This document shows positions 40,755-51,505 of a stretch of 64,000 nucleotides of DNA, in pieces. The notes under the pieces are model-generated. The model did no database searches and was not told the DNA's origin. It was given only the letters and a program-made list of their open reading frames with translations. Made by a program: the position numbers and the translations under genes. The stretch covers positions 118,126 through 182,125 of the forward strand of contig JAUIFO010000008.1 of NCBI GenBank assembly GCA_030430385.1. The letters run 5' to 3'. Source of the stretch: Bacteroidia bacterium. GTDB taxonomy: Bacteria > Bacteroidota > Bacteroidia > Flavobacteriales > Flavobacteriaceae. Each line of letters starts with the position of its first letter. Positions within the stretch are counted from its first letter, which is position 1.

Positions 40755-41126
40755 TTATGAATTATTGAAGTTTTGAAAGGTACCATCCTTGTAAAAAATA
40801 ACAATACGTTCAATAGTTTTTTCTGAAGAAGTAGTGACATTGTTATGATCTATTTCTGAAGATCTAGAACTAGTTTCAATAATCTCTTCTTTAATCGGAA
40901 CTTTTGGAAATGATCCTTTGCCATTCATGAGCCAATACAATTCGACTTCAGGAAAAGAGGAGAGGACTTTCAAAACAAAATCTAAACTCGGTTTATTTCT
41001 TCCTGAAAGTATATGAGAAATACTAGAACGTTGCACACCAATTTTTTCAGCAAAAGACGATGCAGATTCATTGTAATATTCCATCACTTTTTGGAGTCGT
41101 TTTGTAAAATCTTCGGTGTTTATCAT
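40755..41126 (-). CDS. XRE-family helix-turn-helix protein
   Basis: N-terminal HTH: SASSFAEKIGVQRSSISHILSGRNKPSLDFVLKV. Confidence 0.7.
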   Translation of the reverse strand: MINTEDFTKRLQKVMEYYNESASSFAEKIGVQRSSISHILSGRNKPSLDFVLKVLSSFPEVELYWLMNGKGSFPKVPIKEEIIETSSRSSEIDHNNVTTSSEKTIERIVIFYKDGTFQNFNNS

Positions 41127-41404
41127 TGTAAACAGTATTAGACGCGTAGTTTATGATACAAATGTAAACATAATTAGGTTTATTCGCTAAACAATATTAC
41201 TTAATATAAATAATATATTGAATAATAACTTTATGTTTTAATATTTAAATAATTGATAATAAATAATATAAATTAATAATTTTGTTTGTATTGAATATTT
41301 CGCAATGATAATTGTGTAGATTAGGTGTTAGTTCTCCTATTTGTTGAATATTGTAACTTCATAAAGTTAAATTTTGTGTTTACAAATGTGAATTTCAATT
41401 TATT

Positions 41405-41412
41405 TACCTTTG
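41405..41412 (+). promoter_or_regulatory. candidate -7 box TACCTTTG
   Basis: Exact TAnnTTTG, 20 nt upstream of ATG 41432. Confidence 0.45.
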
Positions 41413-41431
41413 TGATTAAGAACTGAAGTTT

Positions 41432-42571
41432 ATGCAAATAGATCACCTTAATCATCTCTTTGATACTTATAAAGAATCATCATTATTTGGACGCTATATT
41501 CATACAGATTCCATTGCGCCTTTATTAGAAAAACGATCTTTAAAAAAATACGTGTCTCAAATCGGAACTTCTGTAAATGCAATTTCAATTTATGATATCA
41601 CCATTGGAAGTGGGCCAAAACATATTTTATTTTGGTCTCAAATGCATGGTAATGAAAGCACGACAACTAAAGCTTGCTTTGATCTTTTAAACACCTTATT
41701 GGCTTCAGATCAGATTTCCGAACAAATTCTTAAGCAATGCACTATTAAAATCATTCCAATTTTAAATCCTGATGGTGCAAAGGCTTACACGAGACTTAAT
41801 GCAAATGGGATTGATCTAAATAGAGATGCGCAACATTTGTCGCAACCTGAGAGTAAAGTGTTGCGACAGGTTTTTGATACGTTTAAACCTCAATTTTGCT
41901 TTAATCTTCATGGTCAACGTACAATTTTTAGTGCTGGCAATATCAATAAACCAGCAACAGTATCATTTCTAGCACCTGCACAAGATGAGGCTTGTACAGT
42001 TACTGAAACTAGAAAAGTTGCAATGGAACTCATTTCAGTTTTAAATCGAAACTTACAATTACAAATTAAAGACCAGATAGGGATTTATGATGATGCTTTT
42101 AATTTGAATTGTGTTGGTGATACTTTTCAAAGTTTAAATGTGCCTACGATTTTATTTGAGGCTGGGCATTTTCAAAACGATTATCATAGAGAAGTAACTC
42201 GAAAATTTATTTACCAGTCGTTAGTGTTGGCTTTGCATACCATTGCAACACATGATATTGATGGAAGCAATTATGAAGCGTATTTTGATATTCCTGAAAA
42301 CAAAAAGTTATTTTTTGATATTCTTATCAGGAATACTTCCGAAGGTGATATGGCTATACAATATGTAGAAAAATGTATAGATGATCAGATAGCATTTGTA
42401 CCAACAATTGAAAAAATAGGGGACTTATCCTCTTATTTTGGTCATATTGAATATGAGGCCAATGGTTTTAAGGTGTTTGATTCAAAAAAAGTACCTGTAC
42501 AAGAGCATAACGAAATCGATTTCGTGTGTATAAATAATGAAAAATTCTCATTGAAATTGAAAAAAAACTAG
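41432..42571 (+). CDS. M14-family zinc carboxypeptidase-like protein (cytosolic)
   Basis: Zinc-binding HxxE in WSQMHGNESTT, NPDG, DLNRD and a distal LHG. I see no signal peptide. Confidence 0.7.
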   Translation: MQIDHLNHLFDTYKESSLFGRYIHTDSIAPLLEKRSLKKYVSQIGTSVNAISIYDITIGSGPKHILFWSQMHGNESTTTKACFDLLNTLLASDQISEQILKQCTIKIIPILNPDGAKAYTRLNANGIDLNRDAQHLSQPESKVLRQVFDTFKPQFCFNLHGQRTIFSAGNINKPATVSFLAPAQDEACTVTETRKVAMELISVLNRNLQLQIKDQIGIYDDAFNLNCVGDTFQSLNVPTILFEAGHFQNDYHREVTRKFIYQSLVLALHTIATHDIDGSNYEAYFDIPENKKLFFDILIRNTSEGDMAIQYVEKCIDDQIAFVPTIEKIGDLSSYFGHIEYEANGFKVFDSKKVPVQEHNEIDFVCINNEKFSLKLKKN

Positions 42572-42603
42572 GTTTTTGTACATTATCTTCACTCTTTTTA
42601 CGT

Positions 42604-42611
42604 TAATTTTG
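42604..42611 (+). promoter_or_regulatory. candidate -7 box TAATTTTG
   Basis: Exact TAnnTTTG, 25 nt upstream of ATG 42636. Confidence 0.45.
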
Positions 42612-42635
42612 TATAAAATTTAAAGAAACTGGAAA

Positions 42636-43115
42636 ATGGCAAAATACAAATTAGATGAAATAGATCACCAGATTTTAGATATGTTGATCGATAATACACG
42701 AATTCCGTTTACTGATATTGCAAAAAAATTGGTGATTTCAGCTGGAACGGTTCACGTACGTGTTAAGAAAATGGAAGAAGCTGGAATTATTAAAGGCTCG
42801 TCATTAACTTTAGACTACAAGAAACTCGGATATTCATTTATCGCTTATGTTGGTGTATTTTTAAATAACACATCGCAAACTAAATTTGTATTAGAACGCA
42901 TTCAGGATATTCCTTACGTGACTGTTGCTCATATCACAACAGGAAAGTTTAATATTTTCTGTAAGGTAAGAGCTAAAGACACGTCTCACGCTAAAGATAT
43001 CATATTCATGTTAGATGATATTGAAGGAATATATCGCACCGAAACTATGATTTCGTTAGAAGAGAGTATTAATGATAAAAAACGATTAATGCACACTATT
43101 TTTAACGAACTATAA
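42636..43115 (+). CDS. Lrp/AsnC family transcriptional regulator
   Basis: LDEIDHQILDMLIDNTRIPFTDIAKKLVISAGTVHVRVKKMEEAGII followed by a RAM-type ligand domain. Confidence 0.9.
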   Translation: MAKYKLDEIDHQILDMLIDNTRIPFTDIAKKLVISAGTVHVRVKKMEEAGIIKGSSLTLDYKKLGYSFIAYVGVFLNNTSQTKFVLERIQDIPYVTVAHITTGKFNIFCKVRAKDTSHAKDIIFMLDDIEGIYRTETMISLEESINDKKRLMHTIFNEL

Positions 43116-43149
43116 CTTAACGCTAGTAACTATTTTAACATTTATTAAG

Positions 43150-43181
43150 CCCTTTGTCTTTAATCGATAAAGGGTTTTTTA
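43150..43181 (+). terminator. rho-independent terminator
   Basis: CCCTTTGTC / GATAAAGGG stem (one G-U pair) with a 7-nt loop, then TTTTTT. Confidence 0.7.
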
Positions 43182-43206
43182 ATTTAAGAACAAACACAAA
43201 AATACT

Positions 43207-43722
43207 ATGACAATAGCTGATTTAAACACTATGGAATACAATACATATTATCAAACTTATATAGATAAAGTGGATCACACTGAATTGGTGTCTGGTTTGA
43301 TATCTAGTAATGCAAAATTTTCTGCTTTTTTAGAAGCCATACCTGAAGCTAAATTTGATTTTGCTTATGCTGAAGGCAAATGGACGATCAAAGAAGTGGT
43401 ACAGCATATTATTGACACAGAGCGTGTGTTTTCGTATAGAGCCATGTGTATCGCTAGGAAGGAGCAAGTAGAATTACCTGGATTTGATCAGGATGATTAT
43501 GTCTTAACGAGTAATGCTAATGAGAGAACTAAACAGAGTTTACTGAACGAATTGCGAGTATTAAGACAGTCTTCTGTAGCGTTATTTGATAGTTTGTCAA
43601 ATGATGCCTTACAACGAATAGGAACAGCCAATGGCAATCCCATTTCTGTAAGAGCATTAGGATTCATTCTTATTGGTCACGAAAACCATCATTCTGAAGT
43701 AATAAAAGAACGTTATTTATAA
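43207..43722 (+). CDS. DinB family protein
   Basis: Four-helix DinB pattern with His residues spaced as in the family (VVQHIIDTE ... GHENHH). Confidence 0.75.
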   Translation: MTIADLNTMEYNTYYQTYIDKVDHTELVSGLISSNAKFSAFLEAIPEAKFDFAYAEGKWTIKEVVQHIIDTERVFSYRAMCIARKEQVELPGFDQDDYVLTSNANERTKQSLLNELRVLRQSSVALFDSLSNDALQRIGTANGNPISVRALGFILIGHENHHSEVIKERYL

Positions 43723-43760
43723 AAAAAAGCCATCATAATTATGATGGCTTTTAATTTTTA
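43723..43760. terminator. bidirectional rho-independent terminator
   Basis: Palindrome AAGCCATCATAA / TTATGATGGCTT, flanked by an A-run and T-rich sequence. It lies between convergent genes. Confidence 0.8.
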
Positions 43761-43770
43761 AGTTTAGGAT

Positions 43771-44265
43771 TTAGAATTGATATCTAATTCCGAGTGCAAT
43801 ATCAAAATCTAGATCGTTTGTATCAAAATCGTCATTACCGAAACCAATTTCTGGTCTAAAGTCTAATGACAATAATAAGGGAATATCAAAATTGTATTCA
43901 ATACCAATATCTCCAGCAGCAAATATAAAGGTATCACTGTCGTCAACACCTCTAGGAACATTATCTACACTTATAGAACCAATTCCTCCACCAGCACCAA
44001 CATACCAATTAAAATTCCCGTCAAGTTGCCATACCCATTGGTACAATCCTGCTAGTTTAAAAGCATCATACTTGCTGCCATCTCTCCAGCCTAGATCTAA
44101 TTCTAATCTATTATTTTCGCCTAATGCACGTTGGTAATTTATTCCAGGTCCAACACCATCACTATCTCCTAGACGAAGACCGATAGCATTTTTTGAAATA
44201 TCTTGAGCGTTAGAAAAAGCTACAAATCCAAAAATACCAAGTGCTACTAAACATAATTTCCTCAT
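43771..44265 (-). CDS. small outer-membrane beta-barrel protein (OmpA-like/OmpW-like 8-strand type)
   Basis: Signal peptide MRKLCLVALGIFGFVAFSNAQ, alternating strands and a C-terminal aromatic (GIRYQF). Confidence 0.7.
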   Translation of the reverse strand: MRKLCLVALGIFGFVAFSNAQDISKNAIGLRLGDSDGVGPGINYQRALGENNRLELDLGWRDGSKYDAFKLAGLYQWVWQLDGNFNWYVGAGGGIGSISVDNVPRGVDDSDTFIFAAGDIGIEYNFDIPLLLSLDFRPEIGFGNDDFDTNDLDFDIALGIRYQF

Positions 44266-44439
44266 AAAATTTTAAGTTTTTTTAGTTATTAATTAATTGA
44301 TTAATGAAGTGTGACCACTTCTTGAAGTTTATTGATGATACAAAAATAAGACCAAAACAGACTTACTATTGAAGTTTTTTTAACATTTATAGTATATACG
44401 TTTTGTTTTAACATATAGATTTCTAAACCAAAATTTTAA

Positions 44440-44447
44440 TAATTTTG
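44440..44447 (+). promoter_or_regulatory. candidate -7 box TAATTTTG
   Basis: Exact TAnnTTTG, 58 nt upstream of ATG 44505. Confidence 0.35.
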
Positions 44448-44504
44448 AATTCATAAGCTTTATTTTAATTTTTGATTTAAAAAGCTGTTATCTTGTCTTC
44501 AATT

Positions 44505-45896
44505 ATGGAAAAACTCATTACGGATTTCTTAGATATTCTCAATCATGAACAAGTGCTTACAGGTGACGATTTAAAATCGCGTTACCATCATATTTGGCAT
44601 ATGGATAAGCCTTTAAAGGTTAAAGCGCTATTACTTCCTGAATCTACTGAGCAAGTCTCAGAAATTATGAAAATTTGCCATAAAAATGATCAGCCTGTTA
44701 TTGTGTTTGGTGGACTCACTAATTTAGTTGGAAGTACCGAAACCTTAGAGCGAGATGTTGTAATTTCGATGGAGCGTATGACTACTATTGAAGCTCCTGA
44801 TTTGCAAAGTAGAACCATAACCGTTGAAGCAGGAGCCATACTAGAAAATGTTCAGCAAAAAGTTTCTGATGCTGGTTTACTGTTTCCTTTAAATTATGGT
44901 GCTAAAGGTTCTGCTCAAATAGGAGGAGCTATTTCTACTAACGCTGGAGGCTTACAAGTAATACGCTATGGGATGACTCGAAATCTGGTACTCGGACTAG
45001 AAGTTGTTCTTGCTGATGGTACGATATTATCGTCCTTAAAAACCATTATTAAAGACAACTCAGCTTATGATCTAAAGCAGTTATTTGTTGGTTCGGAAGG
45101 CACTTTAGGAATCGTTACCAAAGCGGTTTTAAAATTGGTGGAAGCTCCAAAAAGTCGCGTCAGTGCTTTTGTTGGTATAAACGATTTTTCTAAAGTTGTT
45201 GAATTTATGCGCTTTGTAGATCAAGGTCTAGCAGGTACCTTAAGTAGCTATGAATTGATCTGGAAAACGTCTTTTATAACCTTAACTAAAGATCCTTCGG
45301 TTGAGCGTTCTCCTTTACCTTATTATTATAATTATTACATTTTATTAGAGGGCTTGGGAAGTGATCAAAATGTAGATCAACAGCGTTTAGAACACCTTCT
45401 TGAAGAAGCCCTTCACCAAGAGATGATATTAGATGCAACACTTGCGTATTCTCAATCGGAATTGAATTGGTTTTGGCGCATTCGTGAAAATGTTGATGCT
45501 TTAGTTGCTGTATGTCAGTTTGACCAGCATTTTGATATTAGTTTACCCATTCACAGTATTGGAGACACTATAGCTTCAATGACAGAACAATTGGAACAAG
45601 TAGAAGGTGTCACTCATGTGTTTCCATTTGGACATGTAGGTGATGGAAATATTCATTTCATCATTGGTAAAACTTCAGAAGCAGACACACTTAGAAAACG
45701 CATCAATGCTATTGTTTATGAGCCAATCAAATCTTTAGGTGGTTCGGTTTCAGCAGAGCATGGTATCGGACTCCACAAAAAAGCATATTTGCATTTGTGT
45801 AGAACCGAAGCAGAAATAGCTGTGATGATTCAGATTAAAAAAACCTTAGATCCAAAAAATATTCTTAATAGAGGCAAAGTGTTAGACTTGAACTAA
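44505..45896 (+). CDS. FAD-linked oxidase (GlcD / D-lactate dehydrogenase family)
   Basis: PCMH-type FAD-binding domain (VIVFGGLTNLVG, GGAISTNAGG), then a C-terminal oxidase domain (SAEHGIGLHK). Confidence 0.85.
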   Translation: MEKLITDFLDILNHEQVLTGDDLKSRYHHIWHMDKPLKVKALLLPESTEQVSEIMKICHKNDQPVIVFGGLTNLVGSTETLERDVVISMERMTTIEAPDLQSRTITVEAGAILENVQQKVSDAGLLFPLNYGAKGSAQIGGAISTNAGGLQVIRYGMTRNLVLGLEVVLADGTILSSLKTIIKDNSAYDLKQLFVGSEGTLGIVTKAVLKLVEAPKSRVSAFVGINDFSKVVEFMRFVDQGLAGTLSSYELIWKTSFITLTKDPSVERSPLPYYYNYYILLEGLGSDQNVDQQRLEHLLEEALHQEMILDATLAYSQSELNWFWRIRENVDALVAVCQFDQHFDISLPIHSIGDTIASMTEQLEQVEGVTHVFPFGHVGDGNIHFIIGKTSEADTLRKRINAIVYEPIKSLGGSVSAEHGIGLHKKAYLHLCRTEAEIAVMIQIKKTLDPKNILNRGKVLDLN

Positions 45897-45897
45897 A

Positions 45898-46740
45898 TCA
45901 CTTTTTGTCTTTGTTGTCAAAAATGGTTATGGCTGCAATGAGATCTTTCATTTCCATATCCTTAACATCTTCATCAGCATAGAATGCTCTTAGCTTGTCT
46001 TCGTTGTAGTTGTATATTTTCCAACGCTTAAATTGGTATTCTAAAGCAGTAAAGTTTTCAACCCAATCACCAGAATTCAAATACGTGGTTTTGCCATATT
46101 TGTTTTCTTTGGTCAACATTTTTGGCTGATGAATATGTCCGCAAATCACATAATCATATTCATTTTCTATAGCTAAATCGGCAGCAACTTGTTCAAAATC
46201 ACTAATGTATTTTAAAGCACCTTTAACGCTATTTTTAATGCGCTTTGATAAGGAATAGCGCTCTTTTCCTAAGCGAACCAAACACCAATTTACAAGTCGG
46301 TTTATTAAAATTAAGAGATCATATCCATAGCCACCAAGCTTTGCGAGCCATTTTGCATTTTGAATAGACACATCAAAAACATCGCCATGAAAACACCAGG
46401 CTTTTTTACCATCTAAATTCAACACAGCCTTATCTACAATGGAAATATTTCCAATGGTAGTATCACTAAACTTACGAAGCATTTCATCGTGATTACCTGT
46501 GATGTAAATAATATTGACACCATCTGAAGCCATATCCATAATCTTTTTGATCACTCTCAAATGCGATTTTGGAAAATACCGTTTGCTAAATTGCCAAATA
46601 TCTATGATATCGCCATTAAGTACTAGTGTTTTTGGATCTATACTGTTGAGATAGGTAAGTAGTTGTTTGGCGTGACATCCATAAGTACCAAGATGCACAT
46701 CAGAAATAACAACTACTTCAATTTTTCTTTTTATTTTCAA
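45898..46740 (-). CDS. UDP-2,3-diacylglucosamine diphosphatase-like metallophosphoesterase
   Basis: Calcineurin-like motifs SDVHLG, NGDIID, GNHD and GHIH. It matches the Bacteroidota LpxH-like form. Confidence 0.75.
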   Translation of the reverse strand: MKIKRKIEVVVISDVHLGTYGCHAKQLLTYLNSIDPKTLVLNGDIIDIWQFSKRYFPKSHLRVIKKIMDMASDGVNIIYITGNHDEMLRKFSDTTIGNISIVDKAVLNLDGKKAWCFHGDVFDVSIQNAKWLAKLGGYGYDLLILINRLVNWCLVRLGKERYSLSKRIKNSVKGALKYISDFEQVAADLAIENEYDYVICGHIHQPKMLTKENKYGKTTYLNSGDWVENFTALEYQFKRWKIYNYNEDKLRAFYADEDVKDMEMKDLIAAITIFDNKDKK

Positions 46741-46920
46741 AAGGCTACCAATCTTAATTTATGCTGCAAATAAATACGTTCTTTATTAACTGAAAGTCAA
46801 ACAATTATTAATAAACATTCAGCATATTGTTAAGCTATTGTTATGGGTTTTATGAATTAGAGCTTAGATATCTGTTTTTGTTTCTCTATTTTTACCTTTA
46901 ACTTCGTAAAAAAAGCATTT

Positions 46921-47982
46921 ATGGCAGGAAATACCTTTGGTTCAGTTTTCAAATTAACCACATTTGGAGAGTCGCATGGTTTGGCTATTGGTGGTATTAT
47001 TGATGGATGTCCTCCAGGAATTGTATTGGATTTTGAAGCCATTCAGGATGAAATGAACCGACGTAAACCTGGTCAATCTAAAATTGTGACACAGCGTAAA
47101 GAACCAGATACAGTTGAGTTTTTATCTGGAATCTTTGAAGGTAAAACAACAGGTACTCCAATAGGTTTTGTGATTAAAAACACTAATCAAAAGTCTAAAG
47201 ATTACTCGCATATCAAAGATGTATATCGACCAAGTCATGCCGATTTCACCTATCAAAAGAAGTATGGAATCAGAGATTATAGAGGAGGAGGGCGAAGCTC
47301 TGCACGTGAAACCGCATGTCGTGTTGTTGCTGGTGCCATTGCGAAGCAACTGTTAGCACAAATTAAAATTAATGCCTACACATCTTCAGTTGGTGATATC
47401 TTTCTGGAAAAGCCTTATCAGGATTTAGATTTTTCAAAAACCGAATCTAATGCTGTGCGTTGTCCTGATGATGCTGTGGCTGAACGTATGATCAAAAAGA
47501 TCGAAACCATAAAAAAAGATGGTGATACTATTGGAGGTACCATAACTTGTGTGCTTCAAAATGTACCAATCGGACTAGGAGAACCAGTATTTGATAAGCT
47601 ACATGCCGAATTAGGAAAAGCCATGCTATCCATCAATGCTGTTAAAGGTTTTGAATATGGAAGTGGATTTTGTGGTGCTAAAATGAAAGGAAGTGAACAT
47701 AACGATTTGTTTAATACAGATGGTACTACCAAAACAAATTTGTCTGGTGGTATTCAAGGAGGTATAAGCAATGGCATGGATATTTACTTTAGAGTAGCCT
47801 TTAAACCTGTGGCTACAGTTATTCAGAAACAAGATGCCCTAAATAGTTCTGGAGATATTGTTGAAATGCAAGGAAAAGGACGTCATGATCCTTGTGTGGT
47901 ACCAAGAGCAATTCCAATTGTTGAAGCTATGGCTGCACTGGTTCTAGCAGATTTCTATTTGCTGAATAAAATGTACAATTAA
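46921..47982 (+). CDS. aroC: chorismate synthase
   Basis: [30 protein letters not shown] and GRHDPCV motifs. Confidence 0.93.
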   Translation: MAGNTFGSVFKLTTFGESHGLAIGGIIDGCPPGIVLDFEAIQDEMNRRKPGQSKIVTQRKEPDTVEFLSGIFEGKTTGTPIGFVIKNTNQKSKDYSHIKDVYRPSHADFTYQKKYGIRDYRGGGRSSARETACRVVAGAIAKQLLAQIKINAYTSSVGDIFLEKPYQDLDFSKTESNAVRCPDDAVAERMIKKIETIKKDGDTIGGTITCVLQNVPIGLGEPVFDKLHAELGKAMLSINAVKGFEYGSGFCGAKMKGSEHNDLFNTDGTTKTNLSGGIQGGISNGMDIYFRVAFKPVATVIQKQDALNSSGDIVEMQGKGRHDPCVVPRAIPIVEAMAALVLADFYLLNKMYN

Positions 47983-48007
47983 ATGGGTCTTTTTTAAGAC
48001 GATAGAT

Positions 48008-49333
48008 ATGAAAAAATTAGCACTACACTGGAAGATTATTATTGGAATGGTATTAGGACTTGGCTTCGGCTTTGTAATGAATACGGTTGAAAATGGTAAA
48101 GATATTGTGACAGATTGGATAGCGCCTTTTGGAACAATCTTTATCAATCTGCTAAAATTAATAGCTGTTCCGTTGATTCTAGCCTCGTTGATAAAAGGAA
48201 TTTCTGATCTGAAAGATATTTCTAAAATCCGATCAATGGGATTGCGAACCATATCCATTTACATCACTACAACATTAGTAGCCATTATAATAGGATTATC
48301 CATTGTAAATCTCGTGAAACCTGGCGTAGGAATGTCTTCTGAAACGATTAACAAAATAAAGCTCAAATACGAAAATGATTCTGGAGTTGTAGATAAATTA
48401 GAAAAGGCAACTGCGCAAACCGATGCTGGACCACTTCAGGCTTTAGTAGATATTTTTCCTAGTAATATTTTTACAGCCCTTGGTGAAGCAAAAATGTTAC
48501 AAGTCATTTTCTTTGCCTTATTTGTCGGAATTTGTTTATTGTTAATTCCAGAGAAAAAAGCAGAACCCTTGGTCAAGTTTTTTGATGCTTTAAATGAGGT
48601 TGTTATGAAAATGGTTGACTTGATCATGCTCTTTGCACCTTATGCTGTTTTTGCGTTAATGGCCAATGTAATTATTGCATTTGATGATACTGAAATTCTT
48701 CTCAAATTATTGAATTACGCCATATGTGTGTTTGGCGGATTGGTACTTTTGATTGGGTTCTATTTGATCTTAGTAAAGGTGTTTACAAAAAAATCACCAC
48801 TTTGGTTTTTGAAACAAATCTCTCCTGCTCAATTATTAGCATTTTCAACAAGTTCAAGTGCTGCAACGCTTCCTGTAACGATGGAACGTGTTGAAGAACA
48901 TATAGGTGTTGATAAAGAAGTATCAGGATTTGTATTGCCTGTTGGTGCTACAGTAAATATGGATGGTACAAGTTTATATCAAGGCATTGCTGCTGTCTTT
49001 ATCATGCAGGTCATTTGGCCTGAAGGTTTGACCTTCACAAATCAGTTGGTCATTATTGCTACAGCATTATTAGCGTCAATTGGTAGTGCTGCAGTGCCTA
49101 GCGCAGGAATGGTAATGCTCGTTATTGTTCTTGAATCTGTTGGGTTTCCATCAGAATTATTGCCTATCGGACTCGCTTTGATTTTTGCAGTTGATCGACC
49201 TTTAGATATGTGTCGTACTGTTGTGAATGTTACTGGAGATGCGACAGTGTCTATGATGGTTGCAAAATCTTTAGGTAAACTTCACGAACCTAAACCTAAA
49301 GAATGGGACGATCATTATGATGCTGTAAAATAG
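48008..49333 (+). CDS. dicarboxylate/amino acid:cation symporter (DAACS family)
   Basis: SSSAATLPVTM and VGATVNMDGT motifs. The topology is typical of GltP/GltT. Confidence 0.88.
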   Translation: MKKLALHWKIIIGMVLGLGFGFVMNTVENGKDIVTDWIAPFGTIFINLLKLIAVPLILASLIKGISDLKDISKIRSMGLRTISIYITTTLVAIIIGLSIVNLVKPGVGMSSETINKIKLKYENDSGVVDKLEKATAQTDAGPLQALVDIFPSNIFTALGEAKMLQVIFFALFVGICLLLIPEKKAEPLVKFFDALNEVVMKMVDLIMLFAPYAVFALMANVIIAFDDTEILLKLLNYAICVFGGLVLLIGFYLILVKVFTKKSPLWFLKQISPAQLLAFSTSSSAATLPVTMERVEEHIGVDKEVSGFVLPVGATVNMDGTSLYQGIAAVFIMQVIWPEGLTFTNQLVIIATALLASIGSAAVPSAGMVMLVIVLESVGFPSELLPIGLALIFAVDRPLDMCRTVVNVTGDATVSMMVAKSLGKLHEPKPKEWDDHYDAVK

Positions 49334-49392
49334 TTTTTAAATAACAGATTATTCTTTTTAAATTTATAAAATAACCAACGCGCTATAAGATT

Positions 49393-50430
49393 ATGAATAT
49401 ATGTTTTATCATGTATCCTTGGGAAAATATCGATCCTGAAAACGATACAAGTTTGGCCTTAATAAAGGAATGTGTGAAACGTCATCATGGTGTGGCTATG
49501 TGTACACCTGCAAACCTTACCATTAGAGATAGTGTTACCAACGCTTTTTGTACGGTTATTGGTCGAATGGATAAAGTACCATCGTCTTTGAAATCCTTCT
49601 ACAATAAAGCAAACTTAAGGGAAGAAATGTTGCCGCTGGCTGGTTTTGACGCGATCTTCTTTAGAGCAAATCCGCCTCTTGATCCTTTAATGTTAAACTT
49701 TTTAGATTCGGTAAAAGATGATGTGTTTATTGTAAACTCTTTACAAGGAATGCGTGAAGCTAATAACAAACTATATACTGCTGCATTTGGTGATGCGCAT
49801 AGTAACATTATTCCTAACACGCATGTGTCAAAAAATAAGAATTATTTGATTCAGCAAATTAAAGAATCAAAATCTGATAAGATGATCTTAAAACCGCTTA
49901 ACGGATTTGGTGGTTCAGGTGTTATTCTTATTGAAAAGTCGGCAATGAGTAATATCAATTCGCTTTTAGATTTTTACATTACCAGTGGTGACGGAACGTC
50001 AAATTATGTGATTCTTCAAGATTATATTGAAGGTGCCGATCAAGGTGATGTTCGTATTTTATTACTTAATGGTGAACCTGTTGGTGCTATGAAACGAGTT
50101 CCTGGTAGTGACGACCATCGTTCAAATGTATCTGCTGGTGGTTCGGTTCAAAGACATACGCTTACTAAAGCTGAAAAAGCTTTGTGTAAACAAATTGGTC
50201 CTAAACTGGTTAAAGACGGTTTATACTTTGTTGGTATTGATGTGATTGGCGGAAAACTTGTTGAAGTTAACGTGATGTCTCCTGGCGGAATTACTTACAT
50301 CAATAAAGTCTATAAAGCTAAGGTTAAAGTAGAAGAACGCGTTATTGATTTTCTAGAAAGTAAAGTACTAGATCAACTTCAAGCTTTTGATAGACGTGTG
50401 CGCCTAAGAAAGACCGTTGAAGACGCCTAA
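49393..50430 (+). CDS. prokaryotic glutathione synthetase-like ATP-grasp ligase
   Basis: By eye it aligns with E. coli GshB along its whole length: FFRANPPLD vs MRKDPPFD, NKLYTAAF vs EKLFTAWF, ILKPLNGFGGSG vs ILKPLDGMGGAS, GDVRILLLNGEPVG vs GDKRVLVVDGEPV, VGIDVIGGKLVEVNVMSP vs VGLDIIGDRLTEINVTSP. Confidence 0.8.
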   Translation: MNICFIMYPWENIDPENDTSLALIKECVKRHHGVAMCTPANLTIRDSVTNAFCTVIGRMDKVPSSLKSFYNKANLREEMLPLAGFDAIFFRANPPLDPLMLNFLDSVKDDVFIVNSLQGMREANNKLYTAAFGDAHSNIIPNTHVSKNKNYLIQQIKESKSDKMILKPLNGFGGSGVILIEKSAMSNINSLLDFYITSGDGTSNYVILQDYIEGADQGDVRILLLNGEPVGAMKRVPGSDDHRSNVSAGGSVQRHTLTKAEKALCKQIGPKLVKDGLYFVGIDVIGGKLVEVNVMSPGGITYINKVYKAKVKVEERVIDFLESKVLDQLQAFDRRVRLRKTVEDA

Positions 50431-50443
50431 ATAAAACCATTTC

Positions 50444-51496
50444 ATGCAAAAAATAAACAGATGGTTGATTGACCACATTTTTGAGGTATCAGCATACTTA
50501 TCATTAACAACACTTTTACTAATTGTGTTGACGTTTTCAGGAATGGATCATTCTCTTTTTGTCTATCCCAATATATTCAACTTCATTGCCTTGGAGCTTA
50601 ACTTTTTTGAGTTTGATATCTTTAGGTTAGAAATCGATAGAGAAGATGGATATATTACATCATTTAGTTATTTAGGAATAGCATTTAAAATACTTTTCAT
50701 TTTGGCCACTATTGTCTACAAAATATCAGACCATAAGCAAACTAAAATACTAAAATTCTGCTATTCTATTTTTTTAATAGTACCTGCAATTACCTTTATA
50801 CACCATATTGGTTTCTTTGTGCTTCTTGATGAGGTATATTATAACGAAGATTTTAACTTCACTAAAGAAATTTTATTTTCATTATTCCTATTCATTAAGA
50901 TTTTCATTTTGACCTATATCAGTTATTTATATTTGAATCATTGGCAAAAAAACACTGCTAATTTGAATAGCGAAAAACTTACAGTAAAGAACTTTTCAAA
51001 GTTTACACTTACTCCAGCTAGCTCGGCTCAACGATTTGTACATTTGATTATTGACTCATTTTTGATACTTAGTATTTTTTCTTTTGTGGGAACCTCTTTT
51101 ATTTACAGAGATCTACTAGGAGATGTCGAAGAAATATTTGGAGAACGTTTTGGCTTATGGATATTAGTAGTTTTCTTCAGTTCGATTTACTATTTAATTA
51201 CAGAAGGATTAGTTAAAGGATCTCCAGCTAAGTTTATTACCCAAACTACGATTGTAAATCTCAACAATGAGAAAGTTAGCTTTACCAATATCATTGGTAG
51301 AACTTTGTGCAGACGTATTCCGTTTGATGCCTTTTCGTTTCTAGGTCAGCCTGGATGGCACGATACACTGGCTTTTTCAACTGTAGTTAAACAAGAAAAA
51401 GAACCAAGTAAATACAACTGGATTTATATCATCTATTTCGTTTTATTTCTAGGTTTGTTGATATACAGAATTCTAGAAGAAAATCACTTTTTTTAA
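50444..51496 (+). CDS. polytopic membrane protein with C-terminal RDD domain
   Basis: An N-terminal half of about 5 TM segments, then an RDD-type module (AQRFVHLIIDSF ... GRTLCRRIPFDAFSF ... GWHDTLA). Confidence 0.6.
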   Translation: MQKINRWLIDHIFEVSAYLSLTTLLLIVLTFSGMDHSLFVYPNIFNFIALELNFFEFDIFRLEIDREDGYITSFSYLGIAFKILFILATIVYKISDHKQTKILKFCYSIFLIVPAITFIHHIGFFVLLDEVYYNEDFNFTKEILFSLFLFIKIFILTYISYLYLNHWQKNTANLNSEKLTVKNFSKFTLTPASSAQRFVHLIIDSFLILSIFSFVGTSFIYRDLLGDVEEIFGERFGLWILVVFFSSIYYLITEGLVKGSPAKFITQTTIVNLNNEKVSFTNIIGRTLCRRIPFDAFSFLGQPGWHDTLAFSTVVKQEKEPSKYNWIYIIYFVLFLGLLIYRILEENHFF

Positions 51497-51505
51497 TTTG
51501 AGATT

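Noticed and set aside
41127-41431. 305-nt extremely AT-rich divergent intergenic region with many AATAAT/ATAAATA repeats; considered as a replication origin or IS remnant
   Set aside because: I see no DnaA-box-like clusters, no inverted terminal repeats and no flanking mobility genes. It is most simply a divergent promoter region and contains a TACCTTTG -7 box.
46857-47042. 61-aa minus-strand ORF overlapping the aroC start
   Set aside because: It overlaps the unambiguous chorismate synthase N-terminus ([20 protein letters not shown]) and has no independent support.
47944-48258. 104-aa minus-strand ORF
   Set aside because: It is antisense to the aroC end and the DAACS symporter start. Both + strand genes are strongly supported.
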